Shown: positions 38,186-51,283 of the stretch, in pieces
Numbering within the stretch: the stretch's first letter is position 1
How the letters are laid out: each line of letters opens with the position of its first letter
Source: Pseudovirgaria hyperparasitica
Taxonomy: Eukaryota
Length of the DNA stretch: 64,000 nucleotides
NCBI GenBank assembly: GCA_010093815.1
Contig: ML996573.1
Reading direction: 5' to 3' (one strand)
Notes under the pieces: generated by a model
Told to the model about the DNA's origin: nothing
What the model saw: only the letters and a program-made list of their open reading frames with translations
Database searches by the model: none
Position numbers and translations under genes: made by a program

Positions 38186-39846
38186 CTTTTCGTCCTGATA
38201 AGTGGTTGGTGAGTCTTGGTGAGGTTAAGTTGTGTAGTGTTGTGGTACCGACGCCGTGTCTCATTATCCATGTATTATGCGAGGTGGGCTGTGCACGAGG
38301 ATTGGTCAACTGTTTTCCCGACCTCCCTGCCGAAGAGGGGCCTTCCCTGGCAATAACTAGAGGTACAAACTGTAATGCCTCTCACTGTCATCACATTCAT
38401 CACCACTTGCACATTACATTTCATGCAGACCCATCACCGACGCTCCATTACAACCCTGGATCTTCCCTGGTCCCCTCCTGGACTGGACATGACACGCGGG
38501 TCAGCCCGCTTGTCTTGATGCGCCAACACGTTTCGGGGACTGTCTCAGATCGCAAGTACTATTATGTACAGTAATTAGCTTCATTAAGCATGGACATCGC
38601 CACAAGTGTCGGCGGAAGATCTCTGTATCGCGTATTGTGGCTTACAGAGCTAATCGCTTTAGTACAATGACTAGACATAGTTCAGCTATCCACTTTCCTG
38701 AAGACGCCGTGGTTCGAAAAGCATTTCAGACTTCATCCATCATCAAGCGTGCCTGGTGGGCTCGCTACGGTCAAGACTTCTGACTCGCTGGGTCTCACAC
38801 GACGGCAGGTTCTTCCTTGTCGCCATCCTGGAAGTTTATTCTGCAGATGCTTCATGCAAGAACGCAACCAAGCGCCCCAGTTCTCCCAGCCCAGTGGGTG
38901 CAGGTGACCAGGGATTTGGAGTGGGAACCGGAGTATCCACGCATCGAATCTCTGCTGTTGAAGAATTCTTCATTTACCAATAATCTGTTGGCAACCTCTT
39001 GTTGCTTTGCTGCTAATGTACCAGTGCCAAGGAGATCTAAGGCTATCAGTCGCATAGGCAAACCGCGAGCTGTTCTTACTGTTACTGTATGGACCTGTGG
39101 TAATCACATATCCTCGTACACACATTCATGGTTCATGTCTATCACGGAAAAGATCTTCGAACTGTCGAGCGGCTGTTCTTCCAAAACAAGACTCACAACA
39201 AGACCCACTATGTCCCGAACTGATACCGCTCCGCTCCGAGCCGAGTACGCCATTGGTACCCATCATGCCGGCTCTGCTCACTACGAAGGTTGCCTTGCTG
39301 ACTCGGGCATACCGTCCGGGAAGGACAAGGCTCAGCTCGGCTGCCAGCTTGTGGCCTTTCGGGTCATGCAGTTCTTTACTTTGGCTGGACGACTCTCCGT
39401 GCCATCTTTCCTACCCATTGTTTCATATCCAGAAAAGCCAACAGTCGCCGAGCTGTAGCATGTGGCCATCCACAGTCCATGGGCTCCCGCATTATTTTCT
39501 GCATTTCTCCCACGGCCCTCGGGCCTCCGCGTGGTCGGTAACCCCATGCCGGGACACGAGACTGGCTGACTTGTGGGGAAGATGGCGAATATTACCCAAT
39601 GTACCCATATGTGGATGACATGGTATGGGCTTCCATATCTAGCCAAGTCCAGGGCTCTCGAAACCTTGGAACTTCCGAGATTCAACCCTTTATCAATTTG
39701 GTTAACAGGCCGTATCCCTCTTGAAGTCCGAGTCCGCACATAGCCTGGCATCTTTTCATCCTTCAGTCAAAGTGATCTCCCACTAGTTCGTCTTCTATGT
39801 GCGCTGACAGGGGACTACCACGAACGTGTCTCGTAACGACACCATC

Positions 39847-41238
39847 ATGGAGAACCAACCAAAAGAGAACCACAGCCAGCCGGTTCTTGCTATTGCCATC
39901 TTTTTCCTTACACTATCATCATTGTGCGTCGGCTTGAGGGTTTATGTTCGAAGTCGCCTGCTCAAGTATGTTTGGATACCTTCACTCTTCCAGTTTCACT
40001 GCAACTAATAGTATGAAGGAGTTTCGGTCTTGATGACTGGACGATGGTTCTGACCCAGGTACGCACATGCTGATGGCAAATCATAAAACTGGAACTAATT
40101 CGACTTAGCTTCTCTTCACAATGTACATCGCATGCCAGATAGGAGGAGTAAGATATGGAACGGGACGACACCACGCGGATCTTCCTAGAGAAGATGCAGT
40201 GGCAGCGCTGCGGGTATGGATAGCCTCCGTATGTTGAGTCAATGAGGCGTGCTGACTGTTGACAGTATTGGTATTTCTGTGAAGTGTTTTACATATTGAC
40301 CAGCGTATTCTTGAAGATTTCCATCGGTATCTTCTTGTTGCGCATTGCTGCGAGCAAGATTCACGTATGGATTGTGCGGCTTGTCATGGCTTCTACATCG
40401 CTCTTCGGGGCCATGTATGTCTTCCTGATTATCTTCCAATGCAAACCTATCAGTCAATTCTGGAACGTCAATCCAGGTGGACCTGGGTGCTTGAATACTA
40501 ATGTAATCATTGCGTGTACCTATACTGCTGGGGCATTGAACGCAACCGCTGACTGGACTTTCGGCATCTTGCCATTCTTCATTGTATGGGACTTGAAGAT
40601 GACGAATAAAGCCAAAGGTCTAGTGGCTGGAATCCTGGCATTTGCCGCCATGTACGTGGACACCCCTTTTTCTACTAGATCATCGACTTTGCTAACGACG
40701 CTCGCAATATAGTGGCAGTACCGGGACAGTCATCCGGATTCCCTACGTCAAAGGTCTTAAGCAGACAGATGATTTCCTATATACAACGTTGGGCATAGCC
40801 ATCTGGTCAACGGTTGAGCCTGGTATCGGAATAGCCGCCGGTTGCATCGCCACATTCAGGCCCCTAATGAGGAACTTCCTCTGGCGAATTGGCGTGGGTT
40901 CCATGCCAGCATCCTCCGGCATGAGCTACGGAAAACACACTCACTCCCGTCGAGCCCCGAGCCGCAACCTTGACGAGCTAGAACTCCACCGAGGCGTCCA
41001 GACGATGATCACTGGCAACGACCAGAAGTACAAGCACAACAGCGGCTGGAACAAGGGCGGCAGCAGCAGCCGAGAAAGCGACGAGATTGAGGTCTTGAAA
41101 GATGGTATCAGCAAGCACGTTGTGGTGGAGTATGAGGAGAGCAGGCTGGCGCGCACCCCAAGAGGCAAGGACTATACCGACGTGCATAGTATCGAGGGGA
41201 GCTCGACTGATGGTACGCATGTCCTGGGTAGGTATTAG
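39847..41238 (+). CDS. PTH11-like (fungal rhodopsin-domain) integral membrane protein
   Basis: LRVYVR...FGLDDW, GTGRH, LKISIGIFLLRI, FQCKPISQFW, DWTFGILP, WSTVEPGIGIAAGCIATFRPL. Four introns. Confidence 0.9.
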
Positions 41239-41879
41239 AATTCCGAGTAACTTTTGCTAGGCCCTGAACCTGCCGATCCACACAAGGGTCCTTATTATAA
41301 TAATGTGACGTTTTAAGAGCAGTCAAAATGTGTAATATATCGCGTATCGTGTTTTTTACCCGGCGTCGATTGGCAAGTCGAGGACGATCGATCCACCAAT
41401 TGGCGTTTGAAGCATGGAGCCTTGATTGAAGCCCAAAAGTGGTATACCAGATACCTTTTACTTCTTTTATTGTATGTACATACGAAATTCTACTGCAGTT
41501 TTAGGATCATGTGAAAATTAGTATACTGTTATGTATATGTCGAATCATGAGCGACGGTATGCGTTCATTGAACACTTGCAACGATAGAAGATGAGTTGAT
41601 AGACTCTGTAAACAACAACTTCATCGCTTAAGATGCACACCAAAATCAGTCAAACATATCATGCTGTGTATCTATCTACTGGTTGTACATCGGCCCGCCA
41701 AAGCCGCTACTACCCGCCATCTGTGAATTGCCGAGGCGTTTCTCCCCGCCACTATAGCTCTCACGATCGTCCAGCTCTCTCTCTCTCTCTCCGTCTAATA
41801 GAGCTACGAAACATGTAACTTAACTAGGCTCTGGAAGTCGTAATATCTACATCCTTCAACTCTGTCTCCTGTTCTCGCC

Positions 41880-43247
41880 ATGGCTTCCTCCGCTCTTCGT
41901 ACATCAGCATTGCGGACAATGGCTCGTCCCCAGCAACGTCTGGCCTCCATCCAACGGCACTTCAGCACAAGCCGGCCGGTCCAGCAAGAGATTCGCGATG
42001 CCTATATCATAAGCGGTTCAAGAACGCCGACGGGAGTGGTATGGACTCTCCATTCATCCTCTCGAATCCCAATCAACTAATATATCACCTCTGTCCAGTT
42101 CAACGGCGCCTTCACAACCGTCTCCGCACCCCAACTCGGCGCCGAAGCCATCAAGTCCGCCCTCGCAAAGTCCACCGTTCCCGTCTCCAAAATCGACCAC
42201 GTCTACATGGGCAACGTGCTCCAGGCCGGAGTCGGCCAGGCCCCGGCCCGTCAAGCAGCCATCTTCGCCGGCATCCCCACCTCCGTCGAGGCCACCACCA
42301 TCAACAAAGTCTGCGCCTCCGGCCTGAAGGCCGTCACCCTGGCCGCCGGCCAGATCCAGCTCGGCGAAAGCGAGGCGCTGATCGCAGGCGGCATGGAAAG
42401 CATGACACGCACCCCCTACTACCTGCCCCGCGCATCCCTCCAGCCCGCATTCGGGGAGCAGAAGCTCGCCGACGGCCTCGTTGCCGACGGCCTCTGGGAC
42501 GTCTACAACCAGATCCACATGGGCAACTGCGCCGAGAACACGGCCAAGAAGCACGGCATCATACGCCAGGACCAGGACGACTTTGCCATCCTGACATACA
42601 AGCGCGCGCAAGCAGCCTGGCAAGACGGCCTGTTCGCCGACGAGGTCGTGCCCGTGACGGTCAAGAGTAAGAAAGGCGACACGATCGTCCGCGAGGACGA
42701 GCAGTACACCAAAATCAAGCTGGACAAGCTGCCCACGCTCAAGCCCGTGTTCGACCGCAGCGACAAGGGCAGCATCACGGCCGCGAACAGCTCCCCGCTC
42801 AGCGACGGCGCGTCCGCGCTGGTCCTGGGCAGCAAGGATGTCGCGCGCGAGCACGGCAAGGAGTCGCGCGTGCTGGCGCGTGTCGTGTCATACGCAGATG
42901 CATCCGTCGACCCGATCGACTTCCCCGTCGCGCCGGCAAAGGTGGTCCCGATCGTGCTCGACAAGGCCGGGCTGAAGATTGAAGACATTGCAGTCTGGGA
43001 GTTCAACGAGGCGTTTGCGGCGGTCATCAAGGCCAACGGCAAGATCTTGGGTATTGGCGACGACAAGGTGAATCCGAGGGGCGGGGCCATTGCGCTGGGC
43101 CATGCGCTGGGCAGCTCCGGGAGCAGGATCTTGGTTACGTTGCTGCATCAGCTGGAGATTGGGCAGTATGGCGTTGCGGCTATTTGCAATGGTGGTGGAG
43201 CGGCGACTGGCTGCGTTGTGCAGAGGATTGCACATTCGGATTTGTAG
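41880..43247 (+). CDS. Acetyl-CoA acetyltransferase (thiolase) with mitochondrial presequence (Erg10/ACAT1-like)
   Basis: Arg/Ser-rich presequence; [38 protein letters not shown]. Intron ~42038-42098. Confidence 0.95.
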
Positions 43248-46156
43248 AAGTAATTAGGCCCCAAAACGTACACTCAGCATCCTCTGAATCCTGATTCAAA
43301 GCGTCTGGATAATACCTTGATGACGAATGCGTAACCCTCTCGTCATAAACTCCTATTCCATCCCGACGAAAGCCAGATCCCGCAGATACCAGCTCTCTCC
43401 GCTCGTCCCAGAATAAAAGACATCTTCTCCCTCCCTCCAGTTGGCAGCCCTTTATATTTCAACAACGATCTCAGGTTGTCACATTCGGCCATACCAACCA
43501 GAAAGCAAGCGGTCCCGTTCGCTCCCGCCTATTTAAGCTGGTTAGGGGTGGATTAGTAGTTAGGTGGGTGACCACTAGCGAATCCCCACTGCTGAATGTT
43601 TTGTAATTTTTCTTTTATCTTTCTGTGTTCGAACTCCTTCTAAGAGGTGTGGTATGCTTTTTTTGAGGGGGGCGGTTGTCTTGTGGTTATTTTTGGGGTT
43701 GTTTTGGGATGGGGATGGAGATGCTTGTATGGAGGGGTAGATGGGTGGATGAGTGTAGTAGGTATGGACTTTGTCTTATCTACGCTCCTGTTTGCGTGCG
43801 AGGCGTGAAGAGGGAGGAGTAGAGGGTTATTTTTGAGTATGTATGTATGCAAGTTGGAATACCGGTTGTGCACGAGGGGATTATATCTGATATACAAATA
43901 TATGCAACTCCTCCTCCTCCTCCTCCTCCCGTGGTATGATATATCAACTCCCCTATAGCATGCGAAACACAATACTCACACCTCGTCTCGCTGTGGAATG
44001 CAGCGCGTGATATATGTTGATACAACCTATCTACCTTACAACCCCATGTGCGCGAGACAGGCCTATGGCAAGGGGAAGGAAAAGGGTAGGTATAGCCGAG
44101 CAGAGAGTATGAACTTCATAGGAACGAGGTCCACGTATATGTATGGATAGGTAGAGCTGTAATTCATGGTTATAACTCCACGTAAGGCCGTCGAATGATC
44201 CCATCCAAATGGAATAGAAATATCTTGTCGATGCTAGGCTGTACTGGCAGATACAGCAGATACTCACCATCAGCTAGACGAAGAGGGCTGTCGCTGTATG
44301 GAAGGAACTATGAGACTATGTAGTTCTAGAATAATCGCATATGTGCCGCTGTCGGGAGAGGGTGTCTAGCTAGCGCCGTTCATGTGATGGTGGCGATCAT
44401 TGATCCTCTCCCGTCTGCCTGCCTGTCAGATTCTGGAGCTATGCCCGTCTTGTTTTGGGATGTCAGATCAGATGCTAGAAGAAGCATCAAACGGAGCCTC
44501 GACGATCGAAGAGTGGTCTCAAAATCGCAGTGTCGACACACACGCTACGTCAGATACCGGTGCCAGCAAGGTCTTCTTTGAGGATGGGGGTGGTCTCGTT
44601 GGAGGGGAAATAGATTCATGATAGGACGACCTTGTTGCTTACCGCTGGCGAAATCCGCTATTTCTGCAGTCAGAATGAATGTTGTGAGTAATTATCAGCA
44701 GCGAGAAACGGGAAGTTCCCCCCTCTCCTTTCTGCATCGCATCGATGGGTTGCTGTAGCGCTGAGCAAGCCCGTTATATTCCGGGGGTTGTATAGCTAGA
44801 CGAGATGTGTGATAGAGATAAAGAGCAAATAGCATTCTCGAACGAGCAGTCACTAACTCAACTACTACAGCTGCCAACTCCATTTTTTTCATAGTCATAC
44901 TGACTTCGTACCAGCGCCGTAACACAGCAATGTACAGAAAAAACCTCGGCACAATACCTCCGGATGAAGCATATAATTGGAATTCTGCGATTACTCTTCT
45001 TCCCAAAGACTCCACAGTGTTGCTGTTCTATATCCACATAGCGAGACCCACACCCAAAAAGAAGCACCCTCTAACGTCTTTGACAAACTCAGTCGTCAAG
45101 ACCGGCGCCATCAGTCTAACACTTGCCAAAAACGCGCGAGACGTAGAAACGTGGCTGCTACGCGTTGTGATAGGCGGCCCCGCATGTGAAGCTTAATCGT
45201 GAGATCCATGGTAGCGCGGTCGGTCGGCGATGAATAGATAGGTACCTAGTGGGGAAATGGAAGAGCGGAGAGGCTTTTGCGGAGGGCGGAATTTGGCATC
45301 GATAATGTTCCTGCAACGTCTGTTGTACATTGTCTTTCCTGTTGTTTCTGGTCTCTCCGAAAGCCGTTGTATGTTCCATTTCATGATGAAGGAGTTTTGC
45401 TGTCGATGAATGAGTGAATCAATCAATCTGCCTCGGCACATCACTCCCTCCACCCCACGTTTTCTTACTTTTTTTAACGATCTCACTCTCGGCACTGCTT
45501 GTGTCCAGCCTCATCAACTAGACCACATTCACTCTCGTCCACTGCCGGACTAGTCACATCGGCTCGATAGCCGCCTGCTAGCCGTTCGAAAGAAAGCTCA
45601 TCCAACAACGCCCATGGCTTGTTCTCAGCGGGAACAGCCATGAGCGCTATCGAAAGCCCGCATCTCCCCCTCCGTCTGCACGCGTTCTAAACCCAATTCA
45701 GGGGTCGTGAGATGCAAGTGCGATGCTTAGATTGAGCGTTCCTGTGCATGACAGCCCCCAAGAAGAACTCTTCGCGCCGGAACTTCTCGTGTGGGAAAAG
45801 GATGAGAAGATGCTGGACCAAGGTGAACCCAGAGCTTATAGATCTCGATTGTCGGTAATGTCCAGTACACGCTTTTCCACGCCGAGCAAACGTGCTATTG
45901 CGTAGGTAGCTACGTAGTGCCGACGGCGGCAAATGGGCAACACGATGCGATTACATGCATCGAGCCGAGTATCATTCGGAGACCTCTCCTAGCCCGTAGA
46001 ACACATGGCAGAAGATATATAAAGCGGTGATGATCTGCTGCTCACTGCGGAAACTGCAGCGGTGATCACATCCCTTTCGCCTTTCCCAGAAACCAGTGTA
46101 AACACTGCCATTCACTTCAGCCTCGCCTCCTTCGAACGCTATACACACTTGCTAAA

Positions 46157-47062
46157 ATGCTCGTACCTTCCTCCCTCATGCTCGCCCTCGCCGGCGCAAG
46201 CATCGTGACCGCGTCACCGCACAACGTCACCCCTCGCAACCCCCTTGTCTCGCGCCAAGCTGCCCGTGGCCTCGACTGTACCCAGTCGACCGACGACCAC
46301 ACAAAGTTCATCTCGGACAGCGGCATTCTCTACGAGCTTCTCTGCAAGACCGACTACCGCAACAGCGACCTTTCATCATCCCCGCAGCCTACGCTCAATG
46401 ACTGCGTCAACGCGTGCGATGCAAACAAGGCCTGCATCTCGTCCGTCTGGGACGGCTCCACCTGCTACCTCAAGAAGCAACTATTCCAGAGCAACTCAAA
46501 CCCCAACACCATGACCGCCAAGCGCGTATTCATCGCCTCTTTATGCCAGCCTGATCAGGGGAACGGCTACCCGTACCCTACAGCTGCGGGCATCTTCCGC
46601 GTCGGCTGCGGCCTGGACTACTTCAGCGGCGACCTTTCCTCTGCACCCGCCATGCGTCTCGAGGATTGCATCCAGTCCTGCGCCAGAACTGCCGGGTGTG
46701 TGGGCGCGACATTCGACCACGACACGTGTTTCCTCAAGAGCTCACTCGGCAGCGTGCGTCAGAGTGATTCTGCATCGTCGGCCGTCATGGCACTGGACTG
46801 TGTGACCAAGGCGAGTGATGGCACAGGTTACCCGCTTGTTTCTGGTAGTAAGTACACGGTAAAGTGTGGTGCGGCACCCAAGACTTCGGACCTGTCGAGC
46901 ACGTACACGCTGAGCTTCGAAGACTGCATCCAGGCTTGCGACAAGAAGACGGCTTGTGCCACAGCGGTGTGGAGCGCGGGAAAGTGCAGCTTCAAGGCTG
47001 CTAGTCCGACGGCAGCGTGGGACCAGAGCAGCAGGTACTGGACTGCGACCAAAAACCTCTAG
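46157..47062 (+). CDS. Secreted Cys-rich protein with three PAN/Apple-like repeats
   Basis: Signal peptide; three ~90-aa repeats each with 6 Cys (C..DY..[SG]DL...DC...C.....C....[WF]....C[YFS][LF]K); intronless; TATATAAA at ~46016. Confidence 0.85.
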   Translation: MLVPSSLMLALAGASIVTASPHNVTPRNPLVSRQAARGLDCTQSTDDHTKFISDSGILYELLCKTDYRNSDLSSSPQPTLNDCVNACDANKACISSVWDGSTCYLKKQLFQSNSNPNTMTAKRVFIASLCQPDQGNGYPYPTAAGIFRVGCGLDYFSGDLSSAPAMRLEDCIQSCARTAGCVGATFDHDTCFLKSSLGSVRQSDSASSAVMALDCVTKASDGTGYPLVSGSKYTVKCGAAPKTSDLSSTYTLSFEDCIQACDKKTACATAVWSAGKCSFKAASPTAAWDQSSRYWTATKNL

Positions 47063-47870
47063 GTGATATGTGTGACGCAAGATGTTTATGCGAGAAACGA
47101 AGTTCGGAGTACCGGGCGGTTCGATATGAAATGATCGGATTTGTATATAGAAGTAGTACCAGATAGTTTGATTGTATATAAGACGCTTCTGGCTCAATCG
47201 CTGGTCGCCTATATTTTCCTCGTGGTGCTTGAGCAGCGCATTTCCTTGAACTCGTGCGTACACGTAAGTATTGACTTGCGCCTGTGCTTTGGTAGATTGC
47301 CTGCAACTTTGTGACCTAGGCATGGAACAAGTCTGTCTCTTTCTCGGCGTCAGATACGTATATCGATGGCCAAGAGCCGTTAGATTGGGAGTTGCCCGTT
47401 ATCAGTCATCTCGCCAGTCCACTGCAATCCCTCCCTTATCTAAAGGTATTGATATCGAACGGACTAGGTTCACCAATATATCCTGTATGCGATGCGTGCT
47501 GCCTCTAAAGATTAGTCGTGGACTTATTCTTTTTAATCTCCCTATTGATCCAAGTTTCCTATGACGGGCCTAGCTAGGACATCCTGCATAGGGTCCAGCG
47601 TTTTGAGATGATGGTTTGATTCTGTGAGTGCGGTAGTGGCGGTGATCAGAGACTGCTGTTGTGGAGGAAGACGGATAGATCTCCCTCGCACCTTAGCTTA
47701 AGCGTGCCGACCTGATCTAGAGGACAGGAATAAGCAGCCCAAAAAGGCTGGCCTCCCTGGCATTCTTGTGATATCAGTCTCACCCTTAGACACGGACTTA
47801 TTGTCTTGTTGAGATTCCTTTTCATATCTAGGCTGAGGTCGAGATGATATGTTCGACGAGCACATCTTAC

Positions 47871-49487
47871 TCAAACGTACTCGCGCAGACTCCTTTCCAG
47901 ATTCACAATGTCGTTGAGGGTCATTGATCCATCCCCATAGCGAGTCTGTCTGATATTCGCATGCCTGGTATCGTGCACGGCATGATTGTGCGACCATTTC
48001 TGTTGGTTCGAGACCGCATTCTCATCACTAGACTCTCCGTCCTCACCAGCAACGCTCTCGTCATTCCAAGCGGTACCGACTTCCGTCACTCTTCCATCGC
48101 CATCAGCTTCCACTTGTTTTGGGATGCTATTCCACTGTGGTATATCGCTTCGCAGCTCTGGAAATCGTTCAAAGAAGTCGGACCCCATAGCCCAGACATT
48201 GATGTCTTCAAGTCGTCGACGAAAGTCAAGACTGAATTGCAGCTCGCCGGTCTGGACGTTCTTGGTATAGCAGTCACGGAACTCGTATGGCCAAAGGATG
48301 CGTAGGTTCTTGTTGAAAAGCTGCCAGAATATGTTTCCGCAGTAGTTGTGCTCGGAGAAGACGAATCGCTCGCGGACGCCTGGCCAGGCGAAGTAGTCGG
48401 TGGCGTAGGAGTGAACGAGAGTCTGAGATGGGCTACGGGATATCAGCACTGATAATCAGAGTAACATTCAAGAGGTTCGCCAATCGCCGACGTGATGATA
48501 ATGTCAAACTCACCGTAGAAAGTACCATGTAGGTAGCCTGGCTACCCTTTCCCAACTCGGATCGATGTGATACATCATCAGCGTGTGTATTGCCCTTAAT
48601 GTTGCCACTCTCTCTATGGCACCCAGTTGACCCTCAAAGATTACCTTGTCCACGCTACTAATTAGCCTCCAGGCAGGAGTCAATTTACCCAAGCGCTCTA
48701 CTTCGTGCCAGCCATGCATTACCGCTAGGAGTGGCGTCTCTTCGTGTTGCCTGTCTTCAGAGGCAACTGTCTGTGGATCTTCCTTTGGACGAGCAAGAAG
48801 AATCTCGTTGGTGTATCGCCAAATGTTGGTACGTTCCGCACAGGCCGAACAAGCAGCATTTTTCTCGACGTTATATACTGGTTTGAGGACACGGAGCATC
48901 GTCTGTCCGGTCAAAGGCGAGATATCTTCCTCTGGTGTACTCACAGCTCCATACGCATTCGGAAAATTGAGAATTGGTAAGGATACATCTGATCTTGGGG
49001 ATTGCTTCATGACGAAGTCTGGGGTCGCGATCGAAAGTCTTCGATTGGTCCTACTGGTCCGCTCAGTCGATATTGAGTCTCGTCGGCTGAGATCAATATG
49101 TGTGTTCACGTGCTCTGGAAAGACTGGCGGGTAGGTTTGTCCGTTCATGTTCACAACGACTGTGTTCTCATTGTGGTTAAGGACTGCATTTGGCGATTGT
49201 GGTGCATCCTGGTCCTCATCTTCAATGTTGAAATCTAAAGCAGACTGAACAGAACGTAGTGTCTTCACCAGCCTCTCTTTATCGGTCGTTAGATCTGAAA
49301 TCTGCTTCATTAAACTGGCCACCCGTCCACTTTCATCGTTCTTCTGAAAGTCTTCGACCAGAGCCTCGAGGGTAGCTAAGCGTGACTTGGTCCGCTGGCG
49401 CGCAAGACGTTGGCATCTTCGGTCCACCTCCCGCTTCTTGATCCTTTGCGCCGATGGTCCGTTGGGATCCTTTGGTGATTCAGGCAT
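47871..49487 (-). CDS. bZIP transcription factor with DUF3425-type C-terminal domain
   Basis: IKKREVDRRCQRLARQRTKSRLATLEALV basic/zipper region; LPTWYFLR|PSQTLVHSYATDYFAWPGVRERFV; WAMGSDFFERFPEL. One intron ~48434-48513. Confidence 0.87.
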
Positions 49488-50012
49488 GCTTTTTCATACT
49501 AGAAAGTAGGTTGGACTTATTGTCGAATACTAAGAGCGAAATACCTTGTAAGGTGCAGTATGATGCAAGAGATTGCTGCACGATGTCTGGCAAGCCGGAA
49601 ATAAGTCGATGTATGCTGAGAACATGGCGATCTTTAGGCCCGTGATACGATATTTTGCGGGGTAATTAGTCTGGGTTCATCAAATGATTAGAGTGTAAAC
49701 TTGAAAATGCCTTGCCGCATCTGGGATAAAGTGATTAGCGTTACCGTCGATGTCTGATTTGGTGGCGGCGACGGCGGCAGCGGATGTCTTCCACTAATCA
49801 TTGGGTACCTATAACTCATCACTTGCTGCTCAACTCGTTGCGGGGACACGCGACACGCGATGAGAATGATATTCGAGGAAGAAGCATTTAATTGGTATGA
49901 GTTACGAAATCCTTTGTGCTCCACGGCACTGTGAGGAATTGTATATGCGCCCAGAAGTGAGAATGCTGGAGGGTGGAAACACAGTTCTGTTCGCTGAGAC
50001 CGGGACCTGCGC

Positions 50013-51017
50013 CTAGTTTCTTCCTATGATATTATTTCGACCGATGCGGCCATGCCGATAGTCCTCGAGGTTAGTGAAGGTGACTTCCGCGATCTCGGCC
50101 AAGGCCTCTTCTGTAAAGAAGCCCTGGTGACCGCATACGATGACATTTGGAAAAGTCATTAGTCGCTGAAAGACATCGTCCTGGATGATGTCGGATGAGT
50201 GGTCGCTGTAAAACAACGCTGCCTCTGCCTCATAAACATCCAACGCCAGACCCCTCAGCCGCTTGCTTTTGAGCGCCTGGATGACAGCTGTTGTATCGAT
50301 TAGGCCGCCCCTAGACGTGTTGACCAGCAACGCTCCAGGCTTCATCTGCGCGAGCGCCCTGCTGTTGATCAAGTGTCGAGTGCTGTCTATGAGCGGGCAA
50401 TGTAGACTCACGATGTCGCTCAAAGGTAGAACCTCCTCTAAGGTCTTGTATTGGCCTAGAGAGTCGAAGTCTGGGTTCCTGTAGACGTCGTATGCTACAA
50501 TGCGACAGCCATAGCCCTTCATGATCCGAGCGAAAGCAATGCCAATCTTTCCGGTGCCAATGACACCTACAGTCTTCCCATGGAGCGTCCTACCAAGAAG
50601 ACCATCAAGAGCGAAATTGCCTTCCCTCACGCGATTGTAGGCGCGGTGAGTATTTCTATTGATTGTCTGGACCAAAGTCACAGCAAATTCGGCTACAGCT
50701 TCGGGAGAATATGACGGCACATTAGCAACGAAGAAGCCAAGTCGCTCGGCGGCTTTGAGGTCGACGTTGTTGAAGCCAGCACAGCGGAGAAGAATAGCGC
50801 GCACTCCCAGCATCTTCAATTTCTCTAGGACTGGCTCGGTCAGATTGTCATTGACAAAGACACAAATGGATTCGCAGCCACTAGCGAGAGCCACTGTCTC
50901 GGCTGACAGTGGGAAGCTGTGGTAGGCTATTTCAAGGGTCTGGGGGGCTTTCGCGGCACGACATTGCTCGAAGAATTGCTGGTCGTAGGGCTGGGTACTG
51001 AAGACTGCGAGTTTCAT
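50013..51017 (-). CDS. D-lactate dehydrogenase (LdhA-like D-2-hydroxyacid dehydrogenase)
   Basis: Intronless 334 aa; LRCAGFNNVD, YSPEAVAE, GTGKIG, SLHCPL, NTSRG, LDVYE, CGHQGFFT. Confidence 0.93.
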   Translation of the reverse strand: MKLAVFSTQPYDQQFFEQCRAAKAPQTLEIAYHSFPLSAETVALASGCESICVFVNDNLTEPVLEKLKMLGVRAILLRCAGFNNVDLKAAERLGFFVANVPSYSPEAVAEFAVTLVQTINRNTHRAYNRVREGNFALDGLLGRTLHGKTVGVIGTGKIGIAFARIMKGYGCRIVAYDVYRNPDFDSLGQYKTLEEVLPLSDIVSLHCPLIDSTRHLINSRALAQMKPGALLVNTSRGGLIDTTAVIQALKSKRLRGLALDVYEAEAALFYSDHSSDIIQDDVFQRLMTFPNVIVCGHQGFFTEEALAEIAEVTFTNLEDYRHGRIGRNNIIGRN

Positions 51018-51283
51018 GTTGAATAACGTCTAATGGGACTGAACCGACTGATTTAAGAAGATAATCATAAGTTGCTGGGTGGGTTGCAACGGGAACGAGA
51101 ACGACGGCAGGCGACAACGCGTTCGCCTGCCCAGGTAGCTATATAAAAGTGGGACTATTGATACATATTCCCAAAGCACTCGCACTTTTCTACAATGGTA
51201 GCCATCCCATCTCTAAATCTTCATTCCCGTTTCAACCATTTGAGATCCTTGAGAACAACAAGAAGATATATGCAACGCGCAGT

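Noticed and set aside
38690..38725. GGTTCGA B-box-like motif suggesting a tRNA
   Set aside because: No cloverleaf, T-arm stem or acceptor stem could be formed.
38756..39751. Overlapping 139-213 aa ORFs between the SDR and PTH11-like genes
   Set aside because: No domain signature or coherent exon structure found; a decayed gene cannot be excluded.
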